Assembly (NCBI GenBank): GCA_035450185.1
Contig: DAOTMG010000003.1
Coordinates: 65,562 to 129,561 of the forward strand
DNA length: 64,000 bases
Origin: Syntrophales bacterium
GTDB taxonomy: Bacteria > Desulfobacterota > Syntrophia > Syntrophales > UBA2192
Direction of reading: 5' to 3'
A program made the position numbers and the translations under genes. Below the pieces are notes generated by a model that was given only the letters and a program-made list of their open reading frames with translations, was not told where the DNA came from and searched no databases. Below, piece after piece: positions 16,347 to 25,299 of this stretch (position 1 is the stretch's first letter; each line of letters starts with the position of its first letter).

Positions 16347-17354
16347 TCAATCCTCGCTCTCCTCATCGGACGCGAAGGGAATTTCGAGGGGTTTCGCGTC
16401 GAGTCCTCTTTCCCTGAGGGTTCGGGCGATGACGGAGGCATAGCCGTGGGAGACGAGGACCTCCCCGGCCCCGGTCGATGAGATGACCGAAAGCAGGCCC
16501 GGCCAGTCCGCGTGGTCCGAAAGAACGAACCCCCGGTCGACGGACCGGCGGCGGCGCATACCGCGGATCCGCATCCAGCCCGAGGCAAAGCCCGTTGAAG
16601 ATTCCCTGAAGAGCCGGACCCATTCCGTCCCGTGGACCTGAGGGGGAGCGATCACGAGGGCGTTGCTGAAGAGGGTTTTCTTGCCGGTCCCATCGATACA
16701 GGTGGTGTTCGGCAAAGCCACACCGTCAGCCCGGTAACGGCGGTTCACATCCTCCACGGCCCGGTGGGTGTAAACAGGCCCCAGGGAGATGTCGAGCCCC
16801 ATGACCACCCGCTGGGCTTTCCCGACGGCATAGGCGTAGAGAATGCTGGTCCTCCCCGCTTTCTGGTTGGCCAGCCACCAGGCGTTGATGTCCTGATGGA
16901 CTGCACCAGGTTCGGGCCAGCGGTAGACGGGCAGACCGAAAGTCGACTCCGTGATGAACGTATGGCAGCGGACGATTTCGATGGGTCTGCAGGTGGGATC
17001 GGCCTGGATTTTGTAATCCCCTGAAAAAACGATGATTTGACCCCGGTATTCGATCCGGACCTGGGATGAGCCTAAAATGTGGCCGGCGGGGTGAAGGGAA
17101 ACCCTGATACCGTCCAGGTAGGTGTGTTCGCCGTAGGGGACGGCCTGAATGACGGATTCATCCCCGAGGCGCAGGCGAAGGATCTGGAGGCCTTCTCTCG
17201 CGGCTAGATAATGCAGGCAATCCCGCCTCGCGTGGTCCCCGTGAGCGTGGGTAATGACGGCCCGCTCCACGGGCTGCAGAGGGTCTATGTAAAAATTCCC
17301 CACTTCACAGTAAAGACCTTTATCGGTCATGCGAAGAACTTGCGGGTTCATCAC
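16347..17354 (-). CDS. Ligase-associated DNA damage response exonuclease (metallo-beta-lactamase/beta-CASP-like)
   Basis: VITHAHGDHARR MBL motif; 335 aa; directly upstream of the ATP-dependent ligase on the same strand. Confidence 0.8.
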   Translation of the reverse strand: MMNPQVLRMTDKGLYCEVGNFYIDPLQPVERAVITHAHGDHARRDCLHYLAAREGLQILRLRLGDESVIQAVPYGEHTYLDGIRVSLHPAGHILGSSQVRIEYRGQIIVFSGDYKIQADPTCRPIEIVRCHTFITESTFGLPVYRWPEPGAVHQDINAWWLANQKAGRTSILYAYAVGKAQRVVMGLDISLGPVYTHRAVEDVNRRYRADGVALPNTTCIDGTGKKTLFSNALVIAPPQVHGTEWVRLFRESSTGFASGWMRIRGMRRRRSVDRGFVLSDHADWPGLLSVISSTGAGEVLVSHGYASVIARTLRERGLDAKPLEIPFASDEESED

Positions 17355-17532
17355 TGAAAGTATGACACACCCGGCGGGTCCTCTTCAACGGGCATTTCCG
17401 CACCGTCTGCGGCCTGGACGGGGAGAGAAGGGGCCTTTCGGTCCATCAAAATTTTCCGATAGAATTTCGCAAAAAAGATTGATATACATTACTGTAATCG
17501 GAAAGCCGGACTAAAGAAGGAGGAGGGAAACG

Positions 17533-18030
17533 ATGGTTCACCTGAAGATTTTGCGGGAATCGAATATATTAAAAAACCTCAGTGACGCGCAGCTCGAGAA
17601 ACTTGCGGCCTTTGCCATCAGCGAAAGTCATCCCGCCGGGACTCTCCTCTACAAGGAGGGAGATCCGGCCAATAAATTCTATCTCGTCGAGGAGGGGAAG
17701 GTCTTTCTGGAGATGAAGACGGATATGGGCCCCGCCCGTCCGCCGCTCCAGGTGACCATCGATGTGATCACCAAGGGGGAAGGAATGGGCTGGTCGGCTT
17801 TCGTGGAACCCAACCTCTACACCCTGAGCGGCGTGTGCATGGACGCCACGAAGCTCATTTCCTTCGAATCCGGAAAGCTCAGGGACCTCATGGACAAGGA
17901 CCCTGAACTGGGATACAAGCTGCTGAAAGGGATCAACAAGCTCCTGGCCTCCCGCCTCAGCCACACGAGAATCCTGCTGGTCAGTGAAAGAGCCCTGGGG
18001 CTTCTGACCACTCACACGGAGTACGCCTGA
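17533..18030 (+). CDS. Cyclic nucleotide-binding domain protein (stand-alone)
   Basis: LYKEGDPANKFYLVEEGKV..GEGMGWSA matches the cNMP-binding beta-barrel pattern; no DNA-binding domain. AGGAGG SD. Confidence 0.7.
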   Translation: MVHLKILRESNILKNLSDAQLEKLAAFAISESHPAGTLLYKEGDPANKFYLVEEGKVFLEMKTDMGPARPPLQVTIDVITKGEGMGWSAFVEPNLYTLSGVCMDATKLISFESGKLRDLMDKDPELGYKLLKGINKLLASRLSHTRILLVSERALGLLTTHTEYA

Positions 18031-18063
18031 TCATTGACTGAAGCGACAGGATGACTCATGAAA

Positions 18064-18099
18064 GAAGGCGAGGGTTTCCATCCTCGCCTTCTCTTTGTT
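18064..18099 (+). terminator. Intrinsic terminator after the cNMP-binding gene
   Basis: GAAGGCGAGG / CCTCGCCTTC 10-bp stem followed by TCTTTGTT. Confidence 0.6.
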
Positions 18100-18181
18100 G
18101 AAAGGACGGAGGGCGCAGGGCATGAGGCGGAGGGCGGGAAGCCTGTTCAGCCGGTAACTTTCTTTCTGATCCGCGGGACTC

Positions 18182-20152
18182 ATGATTTCACTGCAGGACA
18201 TTTCAAAACAGTACAGCGGTCGGTTTCTCTTCAGGGGGCTCTCGATTCGCATCGGCGAGGGGGAAAAGGTGGCCGTTGTGGGCCCCAACGGTGCGGGCAA
18301 GACCACGCTCCTCAAGATCATCGCCGGGAGCATCGAAGCCGACACCGGGCGGGTCGGCCGGTCACGTTCCGCCACGACGGGCTATCTGCCCCAGGAGACG
18401 GTCATTCACAGGGGCCGCACTCTTCTGGAAGAGGTGAGGCTTGCCTTTGACGAGATCCTTTCTCTCCACGAGCGGATGGAGGGGCTGAGCGCTGAGATCG
18501 CCGAACGGACCGTCTCCGGTGATCCGGATCCCGCCGGGCTGAAGGAATTGCTCTCCGAACTGGGGAAGATCCAGCATCACGTGGAGCACCTGGAGGGATA
18601 CGACATCGATGTGAGAATCAAGCAGGTTCTGTCGGGGCTGGGCTTCCGGGAATCGGAGTTCGACCGGATGACGGAAGAGTTCAGCGGCGGCTGGCAGATG
18701 AGGATTGAGCTGGCGAAACTCCTCCTGAGGGAACCGACCTGTCTTCTTCTCGACGAACCCACCAACCATCTGGACATCCGCTCTCTCCAGTGGCTCGAGT
18801 CGTACCTCCAGGCGTACGACGGTGCGGTGATTCTCGTGTCCCACGATCGGCGGTTTCTCGATAACCTCGTCAGCCGCGTTTTCGAAATCTCGGCGGGGGC
18901 GGTGTCGGAATACGCCGGCAACTACTCCGACTACCTCGTGCAGGAAAGCCGGCGTCGGGCTCTCAAGGAGGCGGCCTATCGGAACCAGCAGGAAACGCTG
19001 CGACGAACGAAGCGGTTCATCGAGCGCAACCGGGCGAGGAAGGACAGGGCGAGGCAGGCCCGGAGCCGCCTGCGGCAACTCGATAAGATGGAACGAATGG
19101 AACTGGGACATGAGGCGGCCGTCGCATCGTTCGATTTCCCCGAGCCGCCCCAGGCCGGCCGGGTCGTCATGGAACTCCGGGAACTCGGCAAATATTACGG
19201 CAAACAGCTTGTATTCCGGGATCTGACCGTCACCGTCCGGCGGGGCGACCGGATCGCCCTCCTGGGCGCGAACGGGTCGGGAAAGTCGACGCTCGTCCGG
19301 ATCATGGCGGGGCTCGAAGATTTCCAGGAGGGTCGTTGCGAGCCGGGATACAGAGCCGTGGTTTCCTACTATGCCCAGAACCAGGCGGAGGCGCTCAACC
19401 CTTCGAGGACGGTCCTCCAGACCCTGGAGGACGCAGTGACGAAGGAGACCCACACCCGCCTGAGAACGCTCCTCGGATCCTTCCTGTTCCGGGACGAGGA
19501 TGTCTTCAAGCCTGTTTCCGTTCTCTCCGGCGGCGAGAAGAGCCGCCTCGCCCTGGCCAAAATGCTTCTGATGCCCGCCAACCTTCTTCTTTTTGACGAG
19601 CCGACCAACCATCTGGACCTGCGCTCCAAGGAGGTGCTCAAGAGGGCTCTGGAGAACTATCCCGGTGCCTGTGTCATCGTCTCTCACGACCGGGATTTCC
19701 TGGAGGGGCTCGTGAACATGGTCTGGGATATGGAAGAGGGCTTGCTCCGGGTTGCCTACGGCTCCGTGGACGGCTATCTCGAGAAATGCCGGCTCGCCGA
19801 TGAGGAGAGGGCCCTCCGGCGGGACACGGCGGGCAGGGAGATCGAGGGACGCTCACCCCTTCACCTTGAAAAAATGCGCAAGCGCGAGGAGGCGAAGAAG
19901 AGACAGGAGCGTTTCCGGCTTCTCAGGCCCCTGAAAGATGAACTCGAAAGACTCCAGCGTGAAATCGGGGCAGGGGAGGAAAAGAAAAAGGAACTGGAGG
20001 CCCTCCTCGCCGACGGGAAGACCTACCAGGATGAGAAAATGGCCCGATCGATTGCTGTCGAGTACCGCGAAGTGACGGTCCGCCTGAGCGAGTTATACGA
20101 CCGGTGGGCGGAGACCCACGAAAAGATCGAAGCCACCGGCCGGACGGACTGA
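18182..20152 (+). CDS. ABC-F family ATPase (Uup/EttA-like, two NBDs, C-terminal coiled coil)
   Basis: Two Walker A motifs (GPNGAGKTT, GANGSGKST), two LSGG signatures (FSGGWQMR, LSGGEKSR), no TM domain, basic linker between the NBDs. Confidence 0.9.
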   Translation: MISLQDISKQYSGRFLFRGLSIRIGEGEKVAVVGPNGAGKTTLLKIIAGSIEADTGRVGRSRSATTGYLPQETVIHRGRTLLEEVRLAFDEILSLHERMEGLSAEIAERTVSGDPDPAGLKELLSELGKIQHHVEHLEGYDIDVRIKQVLSGLGFRESEFDRMTEEFSGGWQMRIELAKLLLREPTCLLLDEPTNHLDIRSLQWLESYLQAYDGAVILVSHDRRFLDNLVSRVFEISAGAVSEYAGNYSDYLVQESRRRALKEAAYRNQQETLRRTKRFIERNRARKDRARQARSRLRQLDKMERMELGHEAAVASFDFPEPPQAGRVVMELRELGKYYGKQLVFRDLTVTVRRGDRIALLGANGSGKSTLVRIMAGLEDFQEGRCEPGYRAVVSYYAQNQAEALNPSRTVLQTLEDAVTKETHTRLRTLLGSFLFRDEDVFKPVSVLSGGEKSRLALAKMLLMPANLLLFDEPTNHLDLRSKEVLKRALENYPGACVIVSHDRDFLEGLVNMVWDMEEGLLRVAYGSVDGYLEKCRLADEERALRRDTAGREIEGRSPLHLEKMRKREEAKKRQERFRLLRPLKDELERLQREIGAGEEKKKELEALLADGKTYQDEKMARSIAVEYREVTVRLSELYDRWAETHEKIEATGRTD

Positions 20153-20359
20153 GAAGGATCGCAGGGATCAGGCCTTCGCAAGCGGAACGGCCCACCGGTC
20201 GAGCGTTCCATCCGGGCTCGTGTGCCGGTGTCCGAAGTCGTCCATGATGAACAGGCCCTTGTTCGTTTTTACTTTTACCGGGCCCGTGTAATACTTCGTG
20301 CCGGATTTGAATTGCAGATCAGGCACCTCGATATTCAGCCCGCCTAAGCCGGCGGGATC

Positions 20360-20387
20360 AAAAAGAAAAGGGGAACCTGTGCTCCCC
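20360..20387 (-). terminator. Intrinsic terminator after the HesB-like gene
   Basis: Minus strand: GGGGAGC-ACAG-GTTCCCC hairpin followed by TTTTCTTTTT. Confidence 0.6.
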
Positions 20388-20415
20388 TTTCCATGTGTTT
20401 ATTTGGATTCCCCGA

Positions 20416-20736
20416 TCAGCCGCAGGAGCCGGCGCAACCTCCGCAGCCTTCCCCCTTCTTGAGGTTCGACTCGATCATGTACCCCGAGCCCCGGGACGTT
20501 TCAATGAAATCGATCTTGACGGGCTTCACCATCTCGAAGAGTTCCTTTTCGATCATGAACGTCAGGCCGTCGACTTTGAAGGTCTCGTCCTTTTCGTTTG
20601 ACTCGTCCAGAGCCATCCCCAGCTGGGGGCCCGCTCAGCCTCCCTGGTTGAGAAAAATGCGGATAAAGGGCTTTTCTTTCCTGGACTTGAAGAATTCGGT
20701 GAGCTGTACCTCCGCTTTTGCCGTCACTTCAAACAT
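20416..20736 (-). CDS. HesB/IscA-like Fe-S assembly-type protein with in-frame TGA (candidate selenocysteine at 20637-20635)
   Basis: ATG 20736 with GGAGG SD. MFEVTAKAEVQLTEFFKSRKEKPFIRIFLNQGG-U-AGPQLGMALDE.., where IscA/HesB proteins have GGC[SA]G. C-terminal GCGGCAGSCG. The ORF track only shows the part after the TGA (20416..20616). Confidence 0.7.
20610..20636 (-). promoter_or_regulatory. Candidate SECIS-like stem-loop starting at the UGA
   Basis: u-GAGC-GGGC-CCCC-AGCU-GGGG-AUG-GCUC: two GC stems with an internal loop. Confidence 0.3.
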
Positions 20737-20902
20737 GAGGGCCTCCTGACAAAATTGGTGTCCTTAAAGTACACATTAATTATGCCTTGTCAATGTGAAT
20801 TCGATGGGGTAAAGACTTTTTTTCAGGCCGTTTTTTTTCGCCGGGCGGAGTCATCGCCGGACCGGCGGGATTGAAACGGTCCGTCGGATACGGGAGGTCA
20901 GG

Positions 20903-21886
20903 ATGCACTGTCTCATATACGGGGCCGGGGCCGTCGGTCTCGGGCTGGCAAGCTTCATCACGAAAACGGGCAGGAGGGTCGACATCCTCGCAAAGGAGGA
21001 AACGGCGGAGGTGCTTCGAAACGAGGGTATCGTGCGCACCGGCATCCTCGGGTTCCACACCACGGCGCCGGGACTTCTCGGCGTCTCCTCCTCCCTGAAG
21101 CAGTTCGCCGACACCCCCTGGACGCACATACTGCTCTGCACGAAATCCTACGATCTCGAAAACGCGGCCAGGGACATGGCTTCCTGCGCCGGTTTCCTGA
21201 AACGTGTCCTTGAAGGGCGCTGCTCGGTGGTTCTCATTCAGAACGGCTGGGGAAACGCCGAGGTCTGTGCCGCCTACTTTCCGGACCAGCAGATCTTCAA
21301 CGCCCGGGTGATTACCGGTTTCGTCCGGAAGGGGCCCAACCACCTGGACGTCACTGTTCATGCCGACGACCTCACCATGGGAAGTCTCTTCGGGGCGCCT
21401 CTCGACCCGCTGATCGAACTGGGCCGTGTCATGGAAGAGGGCGGTTTCCCCTGCAGGGTCACGCCGGAAATCGAGAAGGACCTCTGGGCCAAGATGCTTT
21501 ACAACTGCGCCCTCAATGCCCTGGGGGCCATCTTCGGCGTCCCTTACGGCGTACTGGGGGAATGGGATTACACGAGGTTTATCATGGACAGGATCGTTCA
21601 CGAGACCTTCGATGTCATACAGGCGGCCGGCTACGGAACCCACTGGAAGTCGGCCGAGGACTATCTGAGAATCTTTTATGACAGGCTGCTCCCCGTTACC
21701 TACGGCCACGAATCCTCGACGCTCCAGGACATCCGCCGCCAGAGCAGGACGGAGATAGACGCCCTCAACGGGGCCGTCGTCCGCCTGGGCGAAGGACTCG
21801 GCGTCGACGTGACCGTTAATGCCGTCATCTACAGGATGCTCCGGTTTCTCGAAGAGAGAAACATGGGCCTGAAGCCTTCCTATTGA
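20903..21886 (+). CDS. panE: 2-dehydropantoate 2-reductase family (ApbA/PanE)
   Basis: N-terminal Rossmann motif IYGAGAVGLGLA; ..K.Y....A, NGWGN and LWAKMLYNCALNAL family motifs. Confidence 0.75.
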   Translation: MHCLIYGAGAVGLGLASFITKTGRRVDILAKEETAEVLRNEGIVRTGILGFHTTAPGLLGVSSSLKQFADTPWTHILLCTKSYDLENAARDMASCAGFLKRVLEGRCSVVLIQNGWGNAEVCAAYFPDQQIFNARVITGFVRKGPNHLDVTVHADDLTMGSLFGAPLDPLIELGRVMEEGGFPCRVTPEIEKDLWAKMLYNCALNALGAIFGVPYGVLGEWDYTRFIMDRIVHETFDVIQAAGYGTHWKSAEDYLRIFYDRLLPVTYGHESSTLQDIRRQSRTEIDALNGAVVRLGEGLGVDVTVNAVIYRMLRFLEERNMGLKPSY

Positions 21887-21899
21887 GGATCCCCCCGAC

Positions 21900-23498
21900 G
21901 TGGTTCTGCTCATTCACCCGCCCGTCGTAAAACCCTGCGAGCCTCCTGCAGGGATCGCGAGGATCGCAGGCTACCTGAGGGGACGTTGCCATATCCCCTG
22001 CGCCCTCCTCGACGCGAACCTGGCGGGACTCGAACATCTCCTCGGCAGAGACAGGCCGGCAGCCGACACCTGGACCGGACGGGCCCTTCGCAGCCGTGCT
22101 GCCCACCTGCGGACCTTGAGGGATCCCCTTACCCCCCGTCATTTTGACCGTTACAGGCGCGCCGTTTATGACCTCAACCGGCTTCTTGTCCTGTCCGACC
22201 CCTCGGGAGGACAGGTGCCGAATCTCGTCAACTTCAGGCACCGTGAACGATCCCCCCTGCGGAGCGCCGACCTGATCCGGATGGCTGAAAGGCCCGAAGA
22301 GAACCTGTTTCACGATTCCCTTCAGGGCATTGTCGACGAAGCGTTTGACCGACATCGCCCCTCCCATGCGGGGATCTCGCTCAATTATCTGAGTCAGGCC
22401 CTCTGCGCTTTCGCCCTGATCGGAATGGTGAAGAAACGCCATCCCGGCGTCCCGGTGGTCCTCGGCGGGGGCCTGGTTACATCGTGGATGCGGCGTCCCG
22501 GCTGGGAAAACCCGTTTGCCGGTCTCGTCGATCACATGGTTGCGGGACCGGCGGAAGGAAAACTCGGCGCGATTCTGGGTGCGGGAGTGGAACCTGCGAA
22601 CGATGATCGTTTCTGTCTTCCCGACTACGACGGGTTGCCCCTTGATGCCTACCTTTCACCGGGCAGGGTCCTTCCCTACAGTGCCTCGAGCGGCTGCTAC
22701 TGGGGCAGGTGTCTGTTCTGCCCCGAGAGGGCCGAGGGGAACCCCTATGTGCCGGTCCCTCCCGGACGGGCCGTCCGCGAGCTTGAAGTCCTCGTCCGTA
22801 AATTCCGCCCGGCCCTGATCCATGTCCTCGACAATGCAATGAGCCCGGCCCTGATGGAAGCCCTGGTTCGCGAGCCGCCGGGGGTCCCCTGGTATGGTTT
22901 CGCCAGGATCACGGAACACCTGGCGGACCCGGACTTCTGCGTGAGACTCAGGCGCGCAGGCTGCGTCCTGCTTCAGATCGGCCTTGAGTCGGGAGATCAA
23001 AGTGTGCTCGACACCCTGCAGAAGGGCATCCGTCTTTCGCTGGCGCAAAAGGTCCTCGGGTGCCTGAAGCAGGCGGGCATTGCCGCTTATGTCTATCTTC
23101 TCTTCGGAACACCGCCGGAAACGGCCGCGGGGGCCGAAAGAACCCTCGAGTTCACCGCGGCGATGAGGGAATGTATCGGTTATCTCAATGTCGCCATCTT
23201 CAACATGCCGGCGCAGGGGCCGGAAGCGCAAACCTTTGGGGCACTGCCTTTTTATGAGGGCGACCTTTCCCTCTACACGGATTTTGTCCATCCCGCCGGC
23301 TGGGATCGTAAATCCGTCCGTGCCTTTCTGGACAGGGAGTTCAGGAGGCACCCCTCGATCGCACCCATTCTGAGGCGCGACCCGCCCTTCTTCACGTCCA
23401 ATCACGCCCCCTTTATATCACTTTCGGATGCGACGGTTGCAACGGGTTCGCGGGGGGCGTCGATTTCGCTTGCAAAACAAGGGGAGAACAGGCTATAG
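21900..23498 (+). CDS. B12-binding-domain radical SAM protein
   Basis: N-terminal LLIHPPVVKPCEPPAGIARIAGYL (B12-binding-like) and SGCYWGRCLFCPE cluster motif with CX4CX2C spacing. GTG start. Confidence 0.7.
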   Translation: MVLLIHPPVVKPCEPPAGIARIAGYLRGRCHIPCALLDANLAGLEHLLGRDRPAADTWTGRALRSRAAHLRTLRDPLTPRHFDRYRRAVYDLNRLLVLSDPSGGQVPNLVNFRHRERSPLRSADLIRMAERPEENLFHDSLQGIVDEAFDRHRPSHAGISLNYLSQALCAFALIGMVKKRHPGVPVVLGGGLVTSWMRRPGWENPFAGLVDHMVAGPAEGKLGAILGAGVEPANDDRFCLPDYDGLPLDAYLSPGRVLPYSASSGCYWGRCLFCPERAEGNPYVPVPPGRAVRELEVLVRKFRPALIHVLDNAMSPALMEALVREPPGVPWYGFARITEHLADPDFCVRLRRAGCVLLQIGLESGDQSVLDTLQKGIRLSLAQKVLGCLKQAGIAAYVYLLFGTPPETAAGAERTLEFTAAMRECIGYLNVAIFNMPAQGPEAQTFGALPFYEGDLSLYTDFVHPAGWDRKSVRAFLDREFRRHPSIAPILRRDPPFFTSNHAPFISLSDATVATGSRGASISLAKQGENRL

Positions 23499-23761
23499 GA
23501 TACCGAAATGTCTTGAGAATCGCCCCATAAATTGTTTGCCCCTTTCCTTTTCAGGCTCAATTCTTGCTCATGCTTCTCTATAACCTTTTGAAGGGACAGG
23601 CATTCGGGGGAATCCTTCAAGGCATTCGCCCTTCTGTCGATATATAAAATGACCCAGAATCATCCTTCTGGAGAGTAGTGCGGTCCGCCGCAGGCAGGCC
23701 GGGTGGACATCCGATCCCTTTGAGTCCGGGCCGATGACGGCCCGGGCTGTGGAGAGGCAAG

Positions 23762-25249
23762 ATGCAGGAGAACATGACTGTCCGGGAACAGATAGAACAA
23801 AATGGGTTGATCATCATTGCCGTCGCCATGGCCCTTATCTACTGGTGGTTCGACTCCATGGTGACGGACCAGGTCCTCATCCGGGTGCTGGTGGTCTGCC
23901 TGATTTTCGTATACGGCATTTTCACCCAGTACCTGATCAATTCTCGCAAGCTTGCCGAAATGGATCTGCAGAGGGCCCACGATGAACTCGAGCGGCGTGT
24001 CAAGCAGCGGACGGCCGAGCTGATCCTGGCGAACGAGGAACTGAAACGGGAGGTCCGGGAGCGCAAACAGGCGGAGGAGGAGAAGAAGAAACTGGAAGAC
24101 CAGCTCCTTCATTCCCAGAAGATGGAGGCCCTCGGGACTCTGGCGGGAGGCATTGCCCACGACTTCAACAACCTCCTTCAGGCCATCTCGGGGTACTCAC
24201 AGCTTCTGCTGATGAAAAAGGATCAGACCGACCCGGATTACGGAAAGCTCGAAGTCATTCACGGCACGGCCCAGCGGGCGAGCGAGCTGACCCGGCAGCT
24301 CCTCATCTTCGGCCGCAAGGTGGAAACGAAGCTGAAACCCCTTGATCTCAACCACGAAGTCCAGCAGGTCGCAAGAATCCTGGAGAGGACCATCCCGCGC
24401 ATGATCACCATCAAAATGAATCTATCGGAAAACCTCAAGGTGGTCAGCGGGGATGCAGGCCAGCTCGAACAGATCCTGATGAACCTCGGGGTGAACGCAC
24501 GCGATGCCATGCCGGAAGGCGGTACTCTGACCTTTCAGACGGAAAATGTCACCCTGGCCAAGGGGTACTACACCGCCCTGCTCGGGGCGACGCCCGGCGA
24601 ATATGTCCAGCTCACGGTGGCGGACTCCGGCGTGGGCATGGACAAAGACACCATCAAGCATATCTTTGAACCCTTCTACACCACCAAGGAAGCCGGGAAG
24701 GGAACGGGCCTGGGCCTGGCCATTGTGTACGGCATCGTGAGAAGCCACAACGGGTTTATCCGCTGTACCAGCGAGAAGGGCGGAGGCACGACCTTCAAGA
24801 TTTATTTCCCCACCTTCAGGGCCGAAGGGGTTGACGCGGCTGCCGAAGCAAAGAAAGAGTCCGTCATGCCGCGGGGGGCCGAGACCATCATGCTCGTCGA
24901 CGATGAGAGGGCCGTCCTCGATATCGGCAGGGAACTCCTGACCCAGTACGGGTACCGGGTGATCACAGCCGACGGCGGCGAGAAGGCGGTGGAGCTGTAC
25001 AGCCAGAACAGGGAAGGGATCAAGCTGGTCATCCTCGATCTCATCATGCCGGGCATGGGCGGGACGAAGTGCTACAAGGAGCTCCGCAGGATCAATCCGG
25101 GGTTGAAGGTCATCATCTCGAGCGGGGCCGCTTCCGAGGAGCAGGTGAGGGAAACCTTTGATATCCCGCCGTCGGGGTTCATCAACAAGCCCTACCAGTT
25201 CAAGGACATGCTGACAAAGGTGCGGGAAGTCCTCGATTACCGCAACTGA
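23762..25249 (+). CDS. Hybrid sensor histidine kinase/response regulator
   Basis: Two N-terminal TM helices, coiled coil, H-box GGIAHDFNNLL, N/G boxes (NLGVNARDAM, DSGVGM, GTGLGLA) and a C-terminal receiver (LVDDE..DLIMPGMGG..K). Confidence 0.9.
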   Translation: MQENMTVREQIEQNGLIIIAVAMALIYWWFDSMVTDQVLIRVLVVCLIFVYGIFTQYLINSRKLAEMDLQRAHDELERRVKQRTAELILANEELKREVRERKQAEEEKKKLEDQLLHSQKMEALGTLAGGIAHDFNNLLQAISGYSQLLLMKKDQTDPDYGKLEVIHGTAQRASELTRQLLIFGRKVETKLKPLDLNHEVQQVARILERTIPRMITIKMNLSENLKVVSGDAGQLEQILMNLGVNARDAMPEGGTLTFQTENVTLAKGYYTALLGATPGEYVQLTVADSGVGMDKDTIKHIFEPFYTTKEAGKGTGLGLAIVYGIVRSHNGFIRCTSEKGGGTTFKIYFPTFRAEGVDAAAEAKKESVMPRGAETIMLVDDERAVLDIGRELLTQYGYRVITADGGEKAVELYSQNREGIKLVILDLIMPGMGGTKCYKELRRINPGLKVIISSGAASEEQVRETFDIPPSGFINKPYQFKDMLTKVREVLDYRN

Positions 25250-25299
25250 CCCGAGCCGTAGATTGCGGCGAAAGACCCCTGCCCCGGACCGCTTGCCCG

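Noticed and set aside
20170-20350. ~60-codon minus-strand open frame (..LNIEVPDLQFKSGTKYYTGPVKVKTNKGLFIMDDFGHRHTSPDGTLDRWAVPLAKA) downstream of the HesB-like terminator.
   Set aside because: No ATG or SD-supported start is present: the in-frame upstream stop is TAA and the only ATG is 24 codons from the end. No family was recognised, so it may be a remnant.
23402-23620. 72-aa minus-strand ORF in the lower-GC region upstream of the histidine kinase.
   Set aside because: It overlaps the 3' end of the B12-rSAM gene by ~97 nt, has no SD and no recognisable motif.
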